From: Eledone cirrhosa
Lineage: Eukaryota
Direction of reading: 5' to 3'
DNA length: 64,000 nt
Assembly: GCA_964016885.1 (NCBI GenBank)
Contig: OZ024741.1
Coordinates: forward strand, 326,740,001-326,804,000
Part shown: positions 1 through 13,839 of the stretch, piece after piece
Numbering within the stretch: position 1 is the first letter of the stretch
How the letters are laid out: every line of letters begins with the position of its first letter
Notes under the pieces: generated by a model
Database searches by the model: none
What the model saw: only the letters and a program-made list of their open reading frames with translations
Told to the model about the DNA's origin: nothing
Made by a program: the position numbers and the translations under genes

Positions 1-1079
1 TAAATAAATAAATAAATAAATAGAATCAACCGGAAATTAAAAAACAAGAACAAAAGTATATACTTAGGTCTCACATACAGTTAAGTAAAAACTTAGGAAA
101 CAACCCCTGTAAATGACTCGAAAACCATATTTGATAAATTAATATTAAAAATATTTAAAATATCTAATAAGGTAATACAATATTAGCTATGGTTTAAGTA
201 ATCAAAATTTATAAACGTTAGTATTTAACTACAAATATATATATAAGGAATGAAATTTTCTACTATCATTTACATAACGATATCCAAAAAACTGACCTAA
301 GCAGAATTATGGTAGGCTAATAGGGACAGAAAAAAAGAAATATATGGAGGATACAAAGGAGCATAAAATCAGTCAATATACTATATTAAATAATAGAAAG
401 GAGCGTAAAAGAGGGGGGGGGATTAAATATAATCATAATCCCCATGTACATCTACTTTTGGTATATTTGCCTTCAATTACTTAGACTACATTACACCACT
501 ATATAATTAATGTAAACTTTAAACACTGAATTGGTTGTGCTAATGTTGTTCTGTGTATGGAGTGCCATCATTGGATAAATGGAAGATTAATTAATTTATT
601 AACATAAAAGAGCTATATAACCTATATGCTCAGTGCAATGAATTATGTACAAGTGATGTATGAGTTATACATACATGTATGACTTGATGGTCAGATTAGT
701 GACATTGTAAGTGAGAATTGATCTCTCGTCTACCCTAGTGATATTTAACTTTGCCATGCAATCAGACATGCACTGACCCAGAGCTTACCAGGAGTTATAT
801 ATAGAAGGGATCCTAATAAAACCCTGCCAGGTTCTGCGGGTAGACTACACTTACAAAGATCATTGATTTGGGGATCTGACGCTTCATGTAGAATATTCAG
901 TTGTGGCACTCTATAATAGAAGGTAATCATCCTAATATGAACACCTTTAGTACTTCTTGATAGACTACACTGTAATTTATAGATAAGATACTTAAATTTA
1001 GAAACTGTTTATAACCTTATATGATAGGGACTCATTTGAGACACCATTTAATGTACATTAGGATAATAAATTTAGTTAT

Positions 1080-2020
1080 AGAAATCAGCTAGTTACCTCC
1101 CCTCACGCATTAACTCCCCTTAATCACACACACACTTCCAGAAAATAATACGATGTCAATTCTCGCAACAAAAACAACTTGCTCTATAAAATTGGATTAA
1201 AGAACAACAAGCTGTAACATTCTAACATAATTCATCAAGCATCCAATATTGAATCATCGTAGATGATGTGAAGGACATATAATCTATATATTACGTTTCC
1301 TGGATTGTGAAAATGGTGGTGTATACGAAAACCATAACATTGTTTTGCTTCTCATTTTTAATATTTTTAATATTTCTCTACACACAAGCTTCTATATCAT
1401 ACATATAAAAAAATACTTTACCAATACAACCCCCATAATAGTCTTGATTGCCCGCTTAAAGTGCTTGTATTACATATAACACCCTGCCGCACTATAATCT
1501 TATAGTGCATGACCCACGTGCATGCCCCACGTGTAACTATTGCATACACTAACTACTTCAAACTATCCTCTTGCTTTATCTTCGTAAACTGCCAATGTTG
1601 TATTTTAACTTTAATTTTGTTCTTTAATATGACTTTAATCTTAGAATGTAATTTGCCATGCTAAAATATTATAATGGATGTCAACCCACTGTGCATCAAT
1701 ATATACATATGTTTCTGTATGTCTCTTGTGTTGAAAAAGAGGTCATGAATGTAAACAATCATTGAAAAATTGCTCCGAAGACTCGAAATCTCGGTTTGGA
1801 AGGAACAATTGTAAGCGAATAAATGGTTTAAACAGAACTTCGATTCATGTAATTTCTATATAACTGCTCTGTAGAACAACTGATGTTATTACATTGAGCT
1901 ATTTATCTTACTGGTAATAAGGTAGTAATAAATTACTGTCTTTCACTATTTAGGGTTTAAAATATATATAACTATAAAAGGTTTTAGTATATACATAACC
2001 ATAAATAGTATCCTTAATAC
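1080..2020 (+). mobile_element. Highly decayed PLE 3' end (GIY-YIG remnant plus pseudo-LTR)
   Basis: Faint resemblance to Hydra-type linker/endonuclease coding sequence (NKNNC..NIIHQ-like, 1160-1240). Followed by an HHR-like motif at 1770-1818 and ends at (TA)n. Confidence 0.3.
1770..1818 (+). ncRNA. Decayed type I hammerhead ribozyme
   Basis: TTGCT-CCGAAGA-...-GGAA-CAATTG-TA-AGCGA. Helix I pairs TTGCT/AGCGA, helix III is palindromic (ACAATTGT), site is GUA. Two core substitutions. Confidence 0.45.
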
Positions 2021-2700
<680 letters not shown>

Positions 2701-2706
2701 ATATAT

Positions 2707-2760
<54 letters not shown>

Positions 2761-2764
<4 letters not shown>

Positions 2765-5232
2765 CTTCTTTTGGGGGACTTCAATGCACATCTCAGTAAG
2801 GAGGGCAGTGAAGATCCTTGCTTGTACTTCCATAACAACACCACCCGAAATGAAAGACTACTGAGAGACTCCCTGCTGGAGGCGAACTTGATTGCGACCA
2901 ACCTAAGGTTTAGGAAGAATCCGGGGAAGATGTGGACCTACATCTCAGATATGCACCTGCCCAAGTCCCAGATTGATTTCATTCTGGTGAGGAAAAAGTG
3001 GCAGAATAGTGTTCTGAACACAGAACCATACAACTATTTCAGTACACTGGGTAGTGAACACCGGCTTATTATGAGTGAGATCCGGGTGAGCTTAAGAAAG
3101 AGCAAGGCTCAGCCTCGGAGAGCAATCTATGACTGGGGAGCTTTCAAGAAAGATGATAAGCTACAGGAGAGGTTCACAGTGGAAGTGAGGAACAGGTTCA
3201 GCGTCCTGTGTGGAGAGACGGAGGAGAGAGAGATTAGATGGACTGAGGAGAGTGTGACGAGGAGGTACGGGCACTTCACCAATGCAGTGGCGGGAGCAAG
3301 CGAAACCCTGGGGCCGAGGAAAAAGAACAAAAAGAAGCAGGTCAGCTCTGCAAATCCAAAAGTGTGTGCAGCCAGAGAACACATGAAAGCTGCCAAGGAC
3401 TAATACAATGCTGATCCTACGGAGGAGAGGATGGAGGTGATTAGGGAAGAACTCTGTACCGCTTACACTGAGGCCAGAGAGGAGGCACTGATAGAGAAGA
3501 TCAGAAGTGTGGAGAGAGCGGTTGACTGATCTGGATGTAAGGAGAGCTGGATGATCATCAACGAGATCACATGGAGGAAGAGAAGGTGTTCAAGTCAAAT
3601 CTAGGGAACAGGGCCCGAGGATAGGAAGAGGAAATGGCTAGACCATTTTAGAACCCTACTAGGAGAACCACCCTCCACAGCCCAGAGAACTGGGGAGATC
3701 AGGCGTCTGTTTGAGGAACTGGATATTGAGACAGAGCCCTTCAGCAGAGAGGAGCTTCAGAGAACGAAGAAGAGGATCAAGGAGGGCAAGGCTCATGGAG
3801 AAGATGGAGTGTCATCAGAGGTGATGAAGAGGTGTGATTTTGATGATATCATCCTGGGGTTCTGCAACCAGGCACTGGAGAAAGGAGTTGCCCCGAATCA
3901 GTGGAGGATCAGTAAATCGTCCCAGTGCCAAAGAAGGGAGATCTCTCTAACATCAACAACTACAGGGAGATCTCACTGACGTCACTTGTAGCAAAGACCC
4001 TCAACAGGATGGTTCTTAACAGGATCCAGCCAGAGATGGAGAAGAAGCTCAGGCACAACCAGAACGGTTTCAGAGAGGGAAGATCAACCACCCGTCACAT
4101 CCTGATGTTGAGGAGGATATTAGAGGGAGCTAGAGCAAAGTGCCTTCCTGCGATCATGGTTTTCATTGACTTTAGGAAGGCCTTTGATTTTCTGGACCGT
4201 CACTGCTTGATGAAGATCTTACAGGCTTATGGAATCCCCAAGAAGATAGTGGACCTGATATCACTGCTCTAGACAAGCACCAAAGCCCAAGTCATTACAC
4301 CTTTGAGATAGTGGCTGGAGTGCTCCAGGGAGATACATTGGCTCCCTACCTTTTTATCATCGTAGTGGACTATTGTATGCGCCTTGCACTGGTGAAACAC
4401 CAGGACTCTGGCTTTACTGTAGCACCGGTTCAGAGCAGGAGAGTTACGGCGAAAAAGGTATCAGATGCTGAATTTGCCGACGACATATTTTTGGTGACAA
4501 ATACAGTGAAGGAGGCAGAGGATTTGATGCAGGAGATTGAGACTGTGTCTATGAGTGTGGGGCTGAGAATGAATGAGACTAAAACAAAATATCTGATAGA
4601 GAATGTTGAGAAGCCAGAGGAGATCACTAATGTAGGCGGGTAACCGCTAGAATTGGTTCAGGACTTCCTGTATTTGGGAGCAAAGATTGGGAATACGGAA
4701 GATGATGTGGTTGAGAGGAAGAGAAAAGCCTGGGCGACGTGCCACAGCTTGATATCGATGTGGAAGTCGGACCTTCGTAAAGACCTGATAATACGCCTCT
4801 TCATTGCTGTAGTGGAGTCTGTGCTCCTGTACTGGTCTGAGACTTGGACACTGACCAAGAAACTCACTCAGATGGTGGATAGGTGCTACACGAGAATCTT
4901 GAGGATGGCTCTGAACATTAATCAGTATACACTGAGGTTGAAAAACTCAGAGCTGTATGGGAGCCTCCCAAAGGTCAGCTCAAAAGTGACACAGAGGAGA
5001 CTGAGGTTAGCTGGACATGCTCACCGACATCCAGAGTTGACATTGTACTCAGTGCTCCCATGGGAGTGCCTAAATGGACATACTGGAAGGGGAATACCAA
5101 GGTTAACGTATGCTGATGCCCTAAGGACAGACACTGGTCTGTTAGAGATGCAGGACATGGCCGCGATAATGAGGGACAGAGACCGCTGGAGAGAACTCGT
5201 CCATGGATCTCGGGAATTTTACCCGCCCTATA
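2761..5232 (+). mobile_element. 5'-truncated, disrupted RTE-clade LINE (APE endonuclease + RT)
   Basis: ORF pieces contain LLGDFNAH, SQIDFILV, GSEHRLI (APE); NYREISLTS, QNGFREGRSTT, FIDFRKAFD, GVLQGDTLAPYLF, EFADDI (RT); and RRLRLAGH. Stops and frameshifts lie between the pieces. Confidence 0.9.
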
Positions 5233-6192
5233 TCTCTCTCTAGTGTGTTACCTTTTCAACATATTGTATTTTAAAATGCCGTTTTAAAAATTCTCTTAGT
5301 GTTGTCTGAAATGTATAGCCTAACACACGCTGATGAACCTGGGTCATTCCATTTCCGTCAACAACTCACTGGCGAAACAGATCACTTTGGATTTGCACGT
5401 CTGTTATATAGTTATAGAGGTATTTAATTACGCTTTAATTTATATTTTTAATTATCGTGTCTATATTCTGCCTTTCATAGGTTGTAGATTCCATACACTG
5501 GTGGTTTTTCCCTGTTTTCATGACGGCGCACTGTATCTCTCTCTAGTGTGTTACCTTTTCAACATATTGTATTTTAAAGTGCCCATGATTTCACCTCCTT
5601 TGAGCACATTATTTACAGGGAACGGGAAGAGTCTATGGCTCCGTTAATGTATCGTGATATTTTGCTCTTTATAACAGTCTTTCTCCTCTTTCTCTGTTTG
5701 GTTGAGCACACTTCTCTGAGTGGTTTGGGGCTTCCCTTTCTAGCAGCTCGTCCCTCAGAGGCCACTGGTTCACTGCCCTTAAACAAGCTGTGACTTCCCT
5801 CTCCCATGTGGAGTTGGACGGCCTCTTTAAAAATGATTTTAGTGTTGTCTGAAATGTATAGCGTATCACACGCTGATGAACCTGGTTATTCCATTTCCAT
5901 CAACAACTCACTGGCGAAACAGATAACTTTGGATTTGTACGTCTGTTATATAGTTATAGAGATATTTATTTACGCTTTAATTTATATTTTTGATTATCGT
6001 GTCTATATTCTGCGTTTCATAGTTTGTAGATTCCATACACTGGTGGTTTTTCCGTTTTATTGCTGGCGCACTGTATCTCTCTCTAGTGTGTTACCTTTTC
6101 AACATATTGTATTTTAAAGTGCCCAGGATCTCCTCTCCTTTGAGCACATTATTTATAGGGAACGGCGAGAGTCTATGGCTCCGTTAATGTAT

Positions 6193-6197
<5 letters not shown>
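5230..6197 (+). repeat. Retrozyme-like family A: ~543 bp tandem non-coding unit with one decayed HHR core per unit
   Basis: CTGATGA at 5330 and 5873 (period 543), each followed by a stem, GGC-GAAA-CAGAT...GTCTG-TT. Ends in (TA)n. Confidence 0.65.
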
Positions 6198-6249
<52 letters not shown>

Positions 6250-6261
<12 letters not shown>

Positions 6262-9246
6262 GGTAGATGTCTGTCTCTGTGTGTGTATGATTTTTATGCA
6301 TTTCCACTTTTCTCTACCGATTTTGATGATTTATTTTTCCAATGTGCTCCAGATTTACCAGGGCTGGTCAACGTGTAATTATTTTTGCCAGAAATTTCCT
6401 GTTTCTATGAAAGGAAAAAGATAAAACTAAATACATACTGTAACCCTCTCTCTTACACGCTTCATTCCTCTCACTACTACCATCAAAAATATATGAAACT
6501 ACATACATGTTGCAACTCTCTTTAAAAGGTTCATCCTTTCTTCTACTCCACTCTCAATCTCCTCTGCAACTCTCTTTAAAAGGTTCATCACTCTCTCTAC
6601 TCCCCACTCAATCTCCTCTGCAACTCTCTTTAAAAAGTTACTTCCTCCGTCTACTACTCTATCACCATTACAATTTAGAACAACGACAAAACTTATTTTG
6701 AAGGAACGCGACACAAACTTTTAAACCTAAGCAACACAACAACCATAAATTTACTCTCTCCGTCGCTCTTCCCTCTCTCTACAATATATTATTCCCCCTC
6801 TCTATAATTTAACTGCTTTACTCTCTTCATGCCTCCAGATTTAACACTAGCTTCACTCTATCCGTCGCTCTTCTCTCTATATATAATAGATCATTCCCCC
6901 TATTTGTTCGGGAACGCGAAAGAAATTTTGATAACTAAGCAACGCATTTTTTTATACAACAACACTTATACATCAAATATCAAAATTTAAAAAGCCGATG
7001 ACACTAAATACATACTGCTCTCTCAACGTTATATTTTACACACTTACATTTTACATCAAATAACAAATAGTCAAAAGCAACAGATGAATTTATAACACAA
7101 CAAATGTAACAATAACGACGCTTAAGCATTTATTTACATGAAACTCAACAAAGACATTATATTTTATTGTTGTCCTTTTTGTAATTTTCTTTGTTTTTCT
7201 CAATATGAGACAAAAAAATTAATGAGAACTTTTTCACGGGATTCTATTCAAAGTCGGGACAATTATTGCTTTTGGTCAGGTGAAGGTCATGAAGCAAACA
7301 AATTTCAAATCAATCAATAAGGGCAAAACTCGATAATGATCACTCCCCCTCTCTATAATTTAACTGCTTTACTCTCTCTGTCGCTCTTCACTCCCTATAT
7401 GACAACACTGCAGTGGAGCGTTCCGTTTTGACATGCGGCTTATATGGGGCATTTTCAATCGGCTTATTGCAAATAAAAACCCGCAAAATAACACTTCATA
7501 TAACAGATTAATGCTATAGACATATGAATCGGAATGTAACCCGTGAACCTTTTCCTTGGCAAAATTATTCGAACAGACATGACCTCATTGCCAGAGTCTT
7601 CACACTGAAACTGGCTAAACTCATGGCTTTAATCAAAAAGGTCAGGTATTTGGAGCTGTAAAATGTGACATGTTCACCGTCGAATGGCAAAGACGAGGGC
7701 TGCCACATGCTCACATTTTGATTTGGTTAGCTGATAAAATCAATTCAAATGCCATAGACAGCTTCATTTCGGCTGAAATCCATAACCCAGCTACTGACCA
7801 GGAATTACATGACATCGTCAAAGGTAACATGATTCATGTTCCGTGTGCGTCGGGTCCTAATGGCATCACACGTGTCTGAAAGGAGGGGGGGGTCGTGCAG
7901 TAAGGGATACCCCCAAACATTTGTTGACCATACTCAGACTGGTGGCGATGGGTACCCCCTGTACAGGCGGAGACGGCCCGAGAACGGTGGCTTCACCACA
8001 ACAGTAAGGGGAGGTCAAATCGACAATAGATGGGTGGTCCCTTACTGCCCACTTCTCTTGAAGATGTTCAACGCCCACATCAACGTTGAGTTTTGCAACT
8101 CCGTCAAGTCGAGAAAATATATATGCAAATATGTAAATAAGGGCTCTGATGCCGCAATGTTCGCATTTCAAGCTGAAAATAGCAGGGACGAGGTCACAGA
8201 ATACCTGGCAATGAAGCTTTTTGGTGCCTATCTGGTTTACCCCTACACCAACGTCACCCCGTCATCGTACATTTGGAAAATGGGCAAAGGGTTTACTTTA
8301 CGGACCAAACCGCCGCCAAGTTGGCCGCCGATCCGAAAGAGACCACTCTGACGGGTTTCTTCAAACTTTGCCAGTTCGATACATTTGCGCAAACAATTGT
8401 GTACTCCCAGGTTCCATCCTACTTTATATGGTCGAAAAACACTTGGGTGCGAAGAAAGTCAGGTCAGGCTGCTGAAAGCCATCCTGGTGTAAAATTTGAC
8501 AGCTGTCTTGGAAGGGTTTACACTGTGCCCCCAAGTCAGCATGAGTGCTTTCATCTCCGCCGCCTTCTGCATGAAGTTATATGCCCACAAAGTTTTCAGG
8601 ACCTCAAAACTATTGATGAAGAAATATGTGATACGTACCGAGAAGCCTGCTTTAAGCATGGTCTTTTGGAAGATGATTCGCAATGGGATTCCACTTTAGC
8701 AGAGGGTACTTTGTTGAAATCACCTAAAGCTCTACGGGAACTCTTTGCTATTTTGCGTCAAAAGTGTGAATTGGGTGATCACAGATCTTTATGGGTCAAG
8801 TACAGAGACTTCATGTCTGAGGACTTCCTGCGCCTGGTTCATCTGCAGTATACTTCAGTGGAGTTGGTTACAGCGTCATTAACTACAACATGGCTCTCAT
8901 TGATATCGAGGACGCCCTCCTCAAAATGGGTGGGAGTGAGTTGGCGACGTATGGCTTGCCGTCAACCGTCAGAGAGGAAGCTAACACGTTTGCCCCGGAT
9001 TTGTTGCGGGAAACGGCATATGGCATCGAATCTCTTTCCCAATACTTAGAGGAAAATGAGCCCAAATTTCTGTCGGACCAAAGGTTGGCCTATTTTACTA
9101 TCATTGACGCGGTTCCAATGAGACTGGGGGTATTTACTTTCTAGATGTTCCTGGGGGTACCGGAAAATCTTATATAAAGAAATTGATTCTCTCTAAGATT
9201 CTTCAAGAGAAAAAAATTGCGTTGGCCATTGCATCGTCCGGGATCA
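6250..9246 (+). mobile_element. Decayed Helitron (Rep domain and start of Pif1 helicase), 3'-truncated
   Basis: VEWQRRGLPHAHILIW (HUH motif, 7670 ORF), IDNRWVVPYCPLL, NAHINVEFC, KYICKYVNKGSD, and Walker A FLDVPGGTGKS near 9138-9170. Helitron-like 5' sequence at ~6255. Confidence 0.85.
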
Positions 9247-9430
9247 AACTAGCAGTTTAGCCCGGCGTTGCTCAGGTTTGTTCACTTGCTATGAAAAGTT
9301 ACAAACAGGTAAACGTAGCTTGAAAGCGCATAAGGTTATCAATTAAGGGCATAAAGCAGTTGAACCTGTTATTAATAGTTACGAACCAATTAGCATTTTG
9401 GACAACCAATGATGGGTTAATAATCTTCCA

Positions 9431-9516
<86 letters not shown>

Positions 9517-9635
9517 AATGCTGGAGAGAACAACAAAGATTTATGAATACATATGTAATTAATGGCTGACAAGTTGTTTCAAATACTGCACAGTAATCTG
9601 CGTAACTAATCACTTTTCTCTTGCTTTTTACTCTG

Positions 9636-9748
<113 letters not shown>

Positions 9749-9974
9749 TTAGAGTTTGAAACTTCAACCCAAGTATATTTTCTATGAAAAATAATCTATC
9801 AAATTGGCATATAATCTGTTGGAGACGGAAATAGTGGACATCGTTACAAATTATGTAGCCACTCAAAGTTTCTGAAGATGCACACACACATACACACAAA
9901 CATGCACACACGCGCACTCAGAAACACACAAACACACACATACATAATTATATGTATGCGCATTATGGAAATCT

Positions 9975-10731
9975 AGTCGGTATCTGTCAGACAGAGGGAA
10001 CTGGCTGATTAAGTACTTGAGGCGTTTGCACCCCACACTCACATCGGCTACTCCTACACAATCCTAGCGTGCGTCTAAGATGCCGTTCCATTTGGAAGCT
10101 CGATGATATCAGGAATCTTTCTTAATTTTTGCTGATTCATTTGGAGTAGAAGCTCCATCCCAAAACCGCTCCAGCTCTCCTGGCATGATGTTTGAATTTG
10201 AAGGATGTTTTCAATATATTCTACGTCTTCCAAGATGACTGCTACTGGCCAGGGTATTTTCATCTCGTGCGAAACATTTTTTATTGTAACTTATGTTACA
10301 TATTTGTCCAAGTATCTTGAGATCAGCAGGAAATTCGCACTCTTTAAAGAGTTGACAGAGTGAACCTTCGCTTCTATTTTCGATGCAGATCCCAATTCAA
10401 TCATCCCACACCTTTTCCCTCTCGAGACAAATATCGTTTTCTCTATATCTCACTTAAGATATGTAGCATAAAGGTCCGCCTCCAACATTTGGTACGCAGA
10501 CCTACACATTTATAGGATAATTGTACATTTATGTACATTGGAAATTATCTCCTCCGGCAGTGCTATTTGTACTTTGCTGCCGTTTCTTTGAATAAGAAGC
10601 TTCGCTTTTCTCAAAGTAGCTATGTCCACATTGTTGCTTGCGGCTGCCTTTGCTGCGACACTGTTTTGGCTTTTTCCAATAACATTGGCTGGATTTGAAC
10701 TTGGACCGTAAAGGACGAAGAAAAAACACAA
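9975..10731 (-). pseudogene. Possible decayed ORF1/gag-like protein of a non-LTR retrotransposon
   Basis: ORFs 10510-10731 and 10075-10263 read as one stop-interrupted frame (FVSRGKRCGMIELG..VTIKNV..IPDIIELPNG) ending in an eroded Zn-knuckle-like stretch. Confidence 0.35.
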
Positions 10732-11095
10732 TGGTAATATTAATAGGCTGCCGTGTGTTTCTAAAGCGTATTGTATTTATGTATATATGTATACATAAAC
10801 ACACACACACACACAACGAAGGATCAGCCATCATGTTTGTATGTATGCATATATATATATATGTGTGTGCGTGTGTGTGTATATAAATGTGTGTTTGTGA
10901 TTATGCACAGAGGCAAAATTGTGAAGGAGAATGTTTTATAGAGATTAATAGATAAATAATAAGATGGATTTGTGTAGTTACTGTGGTTGTTTTAGCTGCT
11001 ACTGCTGTTGTGCTCGTTGATGCTGTATCAAACAAGATAACAGGCATGTACATTTGCCCACAAATCCACCTCTTCTCCACTCTCTGAATAATCAT

Positions 11096-11272
11096 GGATT
11101 GGCAGTATCGGTAGAGCGTTAGACACCCTGATTTGCAGCATAGAATTACGTCTCTTTATGGACTGAGTTCAAATCCTGCCGAGGTTAACTTTCATCCTCA
11201 CAGGGTAGATAAACTAAAGTACCAGTAATGTACTGGGTAATTGCTGGCCTTGTGCCAAAAGTAGAAACAACT
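11096..11272 (+). mobile_element. tRNA-derived SINE (window family 1)
   Basis: Box A TGGCAGTATCGG, box B GAGTTCAAATC. Similar to the copies at 17891, 35932, 36134 and 56970. Confidence 0.8.
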
Positions 11273-11445
11273 ATTCTTCTTTTTAACACTTTCCTTTCTT
11301 CTGTCAATCAATTTTATTTTTACTTCCTTCTCCCTCGCTTTCCCTGCTGCCAAATTTCTGATGAAGGATTAACGTCCAAATCTTAAACTATATTTCAAAC
11401 TAATAATATGTATTCTACTATTTTATCCGATTTTATATATATATA

Positions 11446-11525
11446 TGGCGCGGGTAAGGTATTATCAGCCATTGAAAAGAACCATGGAGAGTGGATTTAA
11501 ATCTCGGGAATTTTACCCGCCCTAT
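11446..11525 (+). mobile_element. Tiny RTE-LINE 3'-end fragment with short 5' inversion, in (TA)n
   Basis: Ends ATCTCGGGAATTTTACCCGCCCTATAT, identical to the LINE end at 5207-5233. Begins GGCGCGGGTAA, close to the inverse of TTACCCGCCC. Confidence 0.6.
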
Positions 11526-12075
11526 ATAATATATATATATAGTTCAGAATACAAAAAACAGACAACGCAGAAGTACATGTTACAAATAGTGGTTTTGCAT
11601 TCGATTCTTCCAGCTCACTAGCCTATCTCATACTCATGGCGCTAGAAATAACGGCTAGAAATAACGGCTAGAAATTTGCCAATATGAGTTTGTGTATATT
11701 GATTTTTTTTTTTTTAAATCGATACAGGCAGGCTATATTTATTTAAATTAGTTTGTTTCATTCTAGCTAATTTTTGTCTTTTACAATACAAACACTTAGG
11801 TGTTTATCATATATTAATTTATATTAACTTGTATTGCACTGCTCAGAAATGCTTCTTTCTTTGAGCTAATTAATTGTAAATGACTCTAAATATAATATAT
11901 TACTGCTCCCTCGGTTGAGCTGATTTTTAATCCCATATAAACGACTGTTATTTCTAGCGCCATGAGTATGAGATAGGCTAGTGAGCTGGAAGAGCCGAGT
12001 GCAAAACCTCGTGCGTTTTTGCTCGTAAACCAGACCTTCAACATTTTTTCGAGGTGAAGTAACCTAATTTTTCTG

Positions 12076-12210
12076 GGTACCTATTGATAAGCACAGAAAA
12101 TTGATTATTTCACTTTTATACCATCGTGTGCGAAACCTATTTTGATTTTGAGGTTCAGATTGATCTGCGGAAAAGGTTTGAATTTTGAAATTTAAATTTG
12201 TCTAGGTACC
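12076..12210 (+). ncRNA. Type I hammerhead ribozyme, U3-A8 core variant
   Basis: GGTACCTA-TTGATAA-GCACA...TGTGC-GAAA-C...long G.U-rich stem...G-TC-TAGGTACC. 8-bp helix I and 5-bp helix II. GUC site predicted after 12202. Confidence 0.8.
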
Positions 12211-12633
12211 ACGGCTATTTGCCAATATGAGTTTGTGTATATTGATTTATTATTTTTTAAATCGATACAGGCAGGCTATATTTATTTAAATTAGTTTACT
12301 TTATTCTAGCTATCTTTTGTCTTTTAAAATACAAACACTTAGGTGTTTATCATATATTAATTTATATTAACTTGTATTGCACAGCTCAGAAATGCTTCTT
12401 TCTTTGAGCTAATTAATTGTAAATGACTCTTTGAGTGTATACTCTAAATATAATATATTACTGCTCCCTCGGTTGAGCTAATTTTTAATCCCATATAAAC
12501 GGCTGTTATTTCTAGCGCCATGTGTATGAGATAGGCTAGTGAGCTGGAAGAACCGAGTGCAAAACCTCGTGAGTTTTTGCTAGCAAACCAGACCTTCAAA
12601 ATTTTTTCGAAGTGAAGTAACCTAATTTTTCTG

Positions 12634-12751
12634 GGTACCTATTGATAAGCACAGAAAATTGATTATTTCACTTTTATACCATTGTTTGCGAAACCTATAT
12701 TGATTTTGAAGATCAGGTTTGAATTTTGAAATTTAAATTTGTCTAGGTACT
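12634..12751 (+). ncRNA. Hammerhead ribozyme (U3-A8), unit 2
   Basis: Same fold. TTGATAA at 12642, GAAA at 12690, GTC at 12741-12743. Apical deletion in helix III. Confidence 0.75.
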
Positions 12752-13172
12752 ACGGCTATTTGCCAATATGAGTTTGTCTATATTGATTTATTATTTTTTA
12801 AATCGATACAGGCAGGCTATATTTATTTAATTAGTTTGTTTCATTCTAGCTAACTTTTGACTTTTACAATACAAGCACTTAGGTGTTTATAATATATTAA
12901 TTTATATTAACTTGTATTGCACGGCTCAGAAATGCTCTTTCTTTGAGCTAATTAATTGTAAATGACTCTTTGAGTATATACTCTAAATATAATATATTAC
13001 TGCTACCTCCGTTGAGCTAATTTTTAATCCCATATAAAAGGCTGTTATTTCTAGCGAAATGAGTATGAGATAGGCTATTGAGCTGGAAGAACCGAGTGCA
13101 AAACCTCGTTCGTTTGTGCTCGTAGACCAGACCTTCAACATTTTTTCTAGGTGAAGTAACCTAATTTTTCTG

Positions 13173-13306
13173 GGTACCTAGTATAAGCACAGAAAATTGA
13201 TTATTTCACTTTTATACCATCGTTTGCGAAACCTATTTTGATTTTGAGGTTCAGATTGTTCTGGGGAAAAGGTTTTAATTTTGAAATTTAAATTTGTCTA
13301 GGTACC
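13173..13306 (+). ncRNA. Hammerhead ribozyme, unit 3 (core damaged)
   Basis: Same helices, but the core reads GTATAA instead of TTGATAA. Confidence 0.6.
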
Positions 13307-13471
13307 ACGGCTATTTGCCAATATGAGTTTGTGTGTATTGATTTATTATTTTTTAAATCGATACAGGCAGGCTATATTTATTTAAATTAGTTTGTTTCAT
13401 TCTAGCTAACTTTTGTCTTTTACAATACAAACACTTAGGTGTTTATCATATATTAATTTATATTAACTTGT

Positions 13472-13519
<48 letters not shown>

Positions 13520-13632
13520 AATATACATATGTGTGCGTGAGCGCGCGTGTCTGTCTGTCTGTCTTTGTCAGTGAGTCTATGTGACGAATGCGAGTCGTTT
13601 GAATTTATTTGATTGTGTTTTGTAGAAATGTG

Positions 13633-13633
<1 letters not shown>

Positions 13634-13703
<70 letters not shown>
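13634..13703. repeat. (TAA)n microsatellite
   Basis: Directly visible. Confidence 0.95.
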
Positions 13704-13705
<2 letters not shown>

Positions 13706-13839
13706 GTACTAACACTAGACAAGGGAGAGGCTAACAAAAGATATAAATAGACTGACATAGTGACTCGGTCAAACGTTAACGGCTATGGCAATGAAGAGGC
13801 AACTTCAAGAAAAAGTATATTACATTATTAATAATAATT

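Larger units (their letters stand above)
11591..13475 (+). repeat. Retrozyme-like family B: ~3.3 tandem ~541-556 bp units with a 5' inverted segment
   Basis: TTTGCCAATATGAG recurs at ~11676, 12218, 12759 and 13314. 11591-11655 is an inverted copy of ~11945-12008. One HHR per unit. Ends in (TA)n. Confidence 0.9.

Noticed and set aside
6500-6900. Short imperfect CT-rich tandem repeats
   Set aside because: Helitron-internal minisatellite with no unique spacers, so not CRISPR-like.
11355-11390. CTGATGA-AGGAT..GTCC-AAA
   Set aside because: G12 is missing and there is no helix I/III; too eroded to call.
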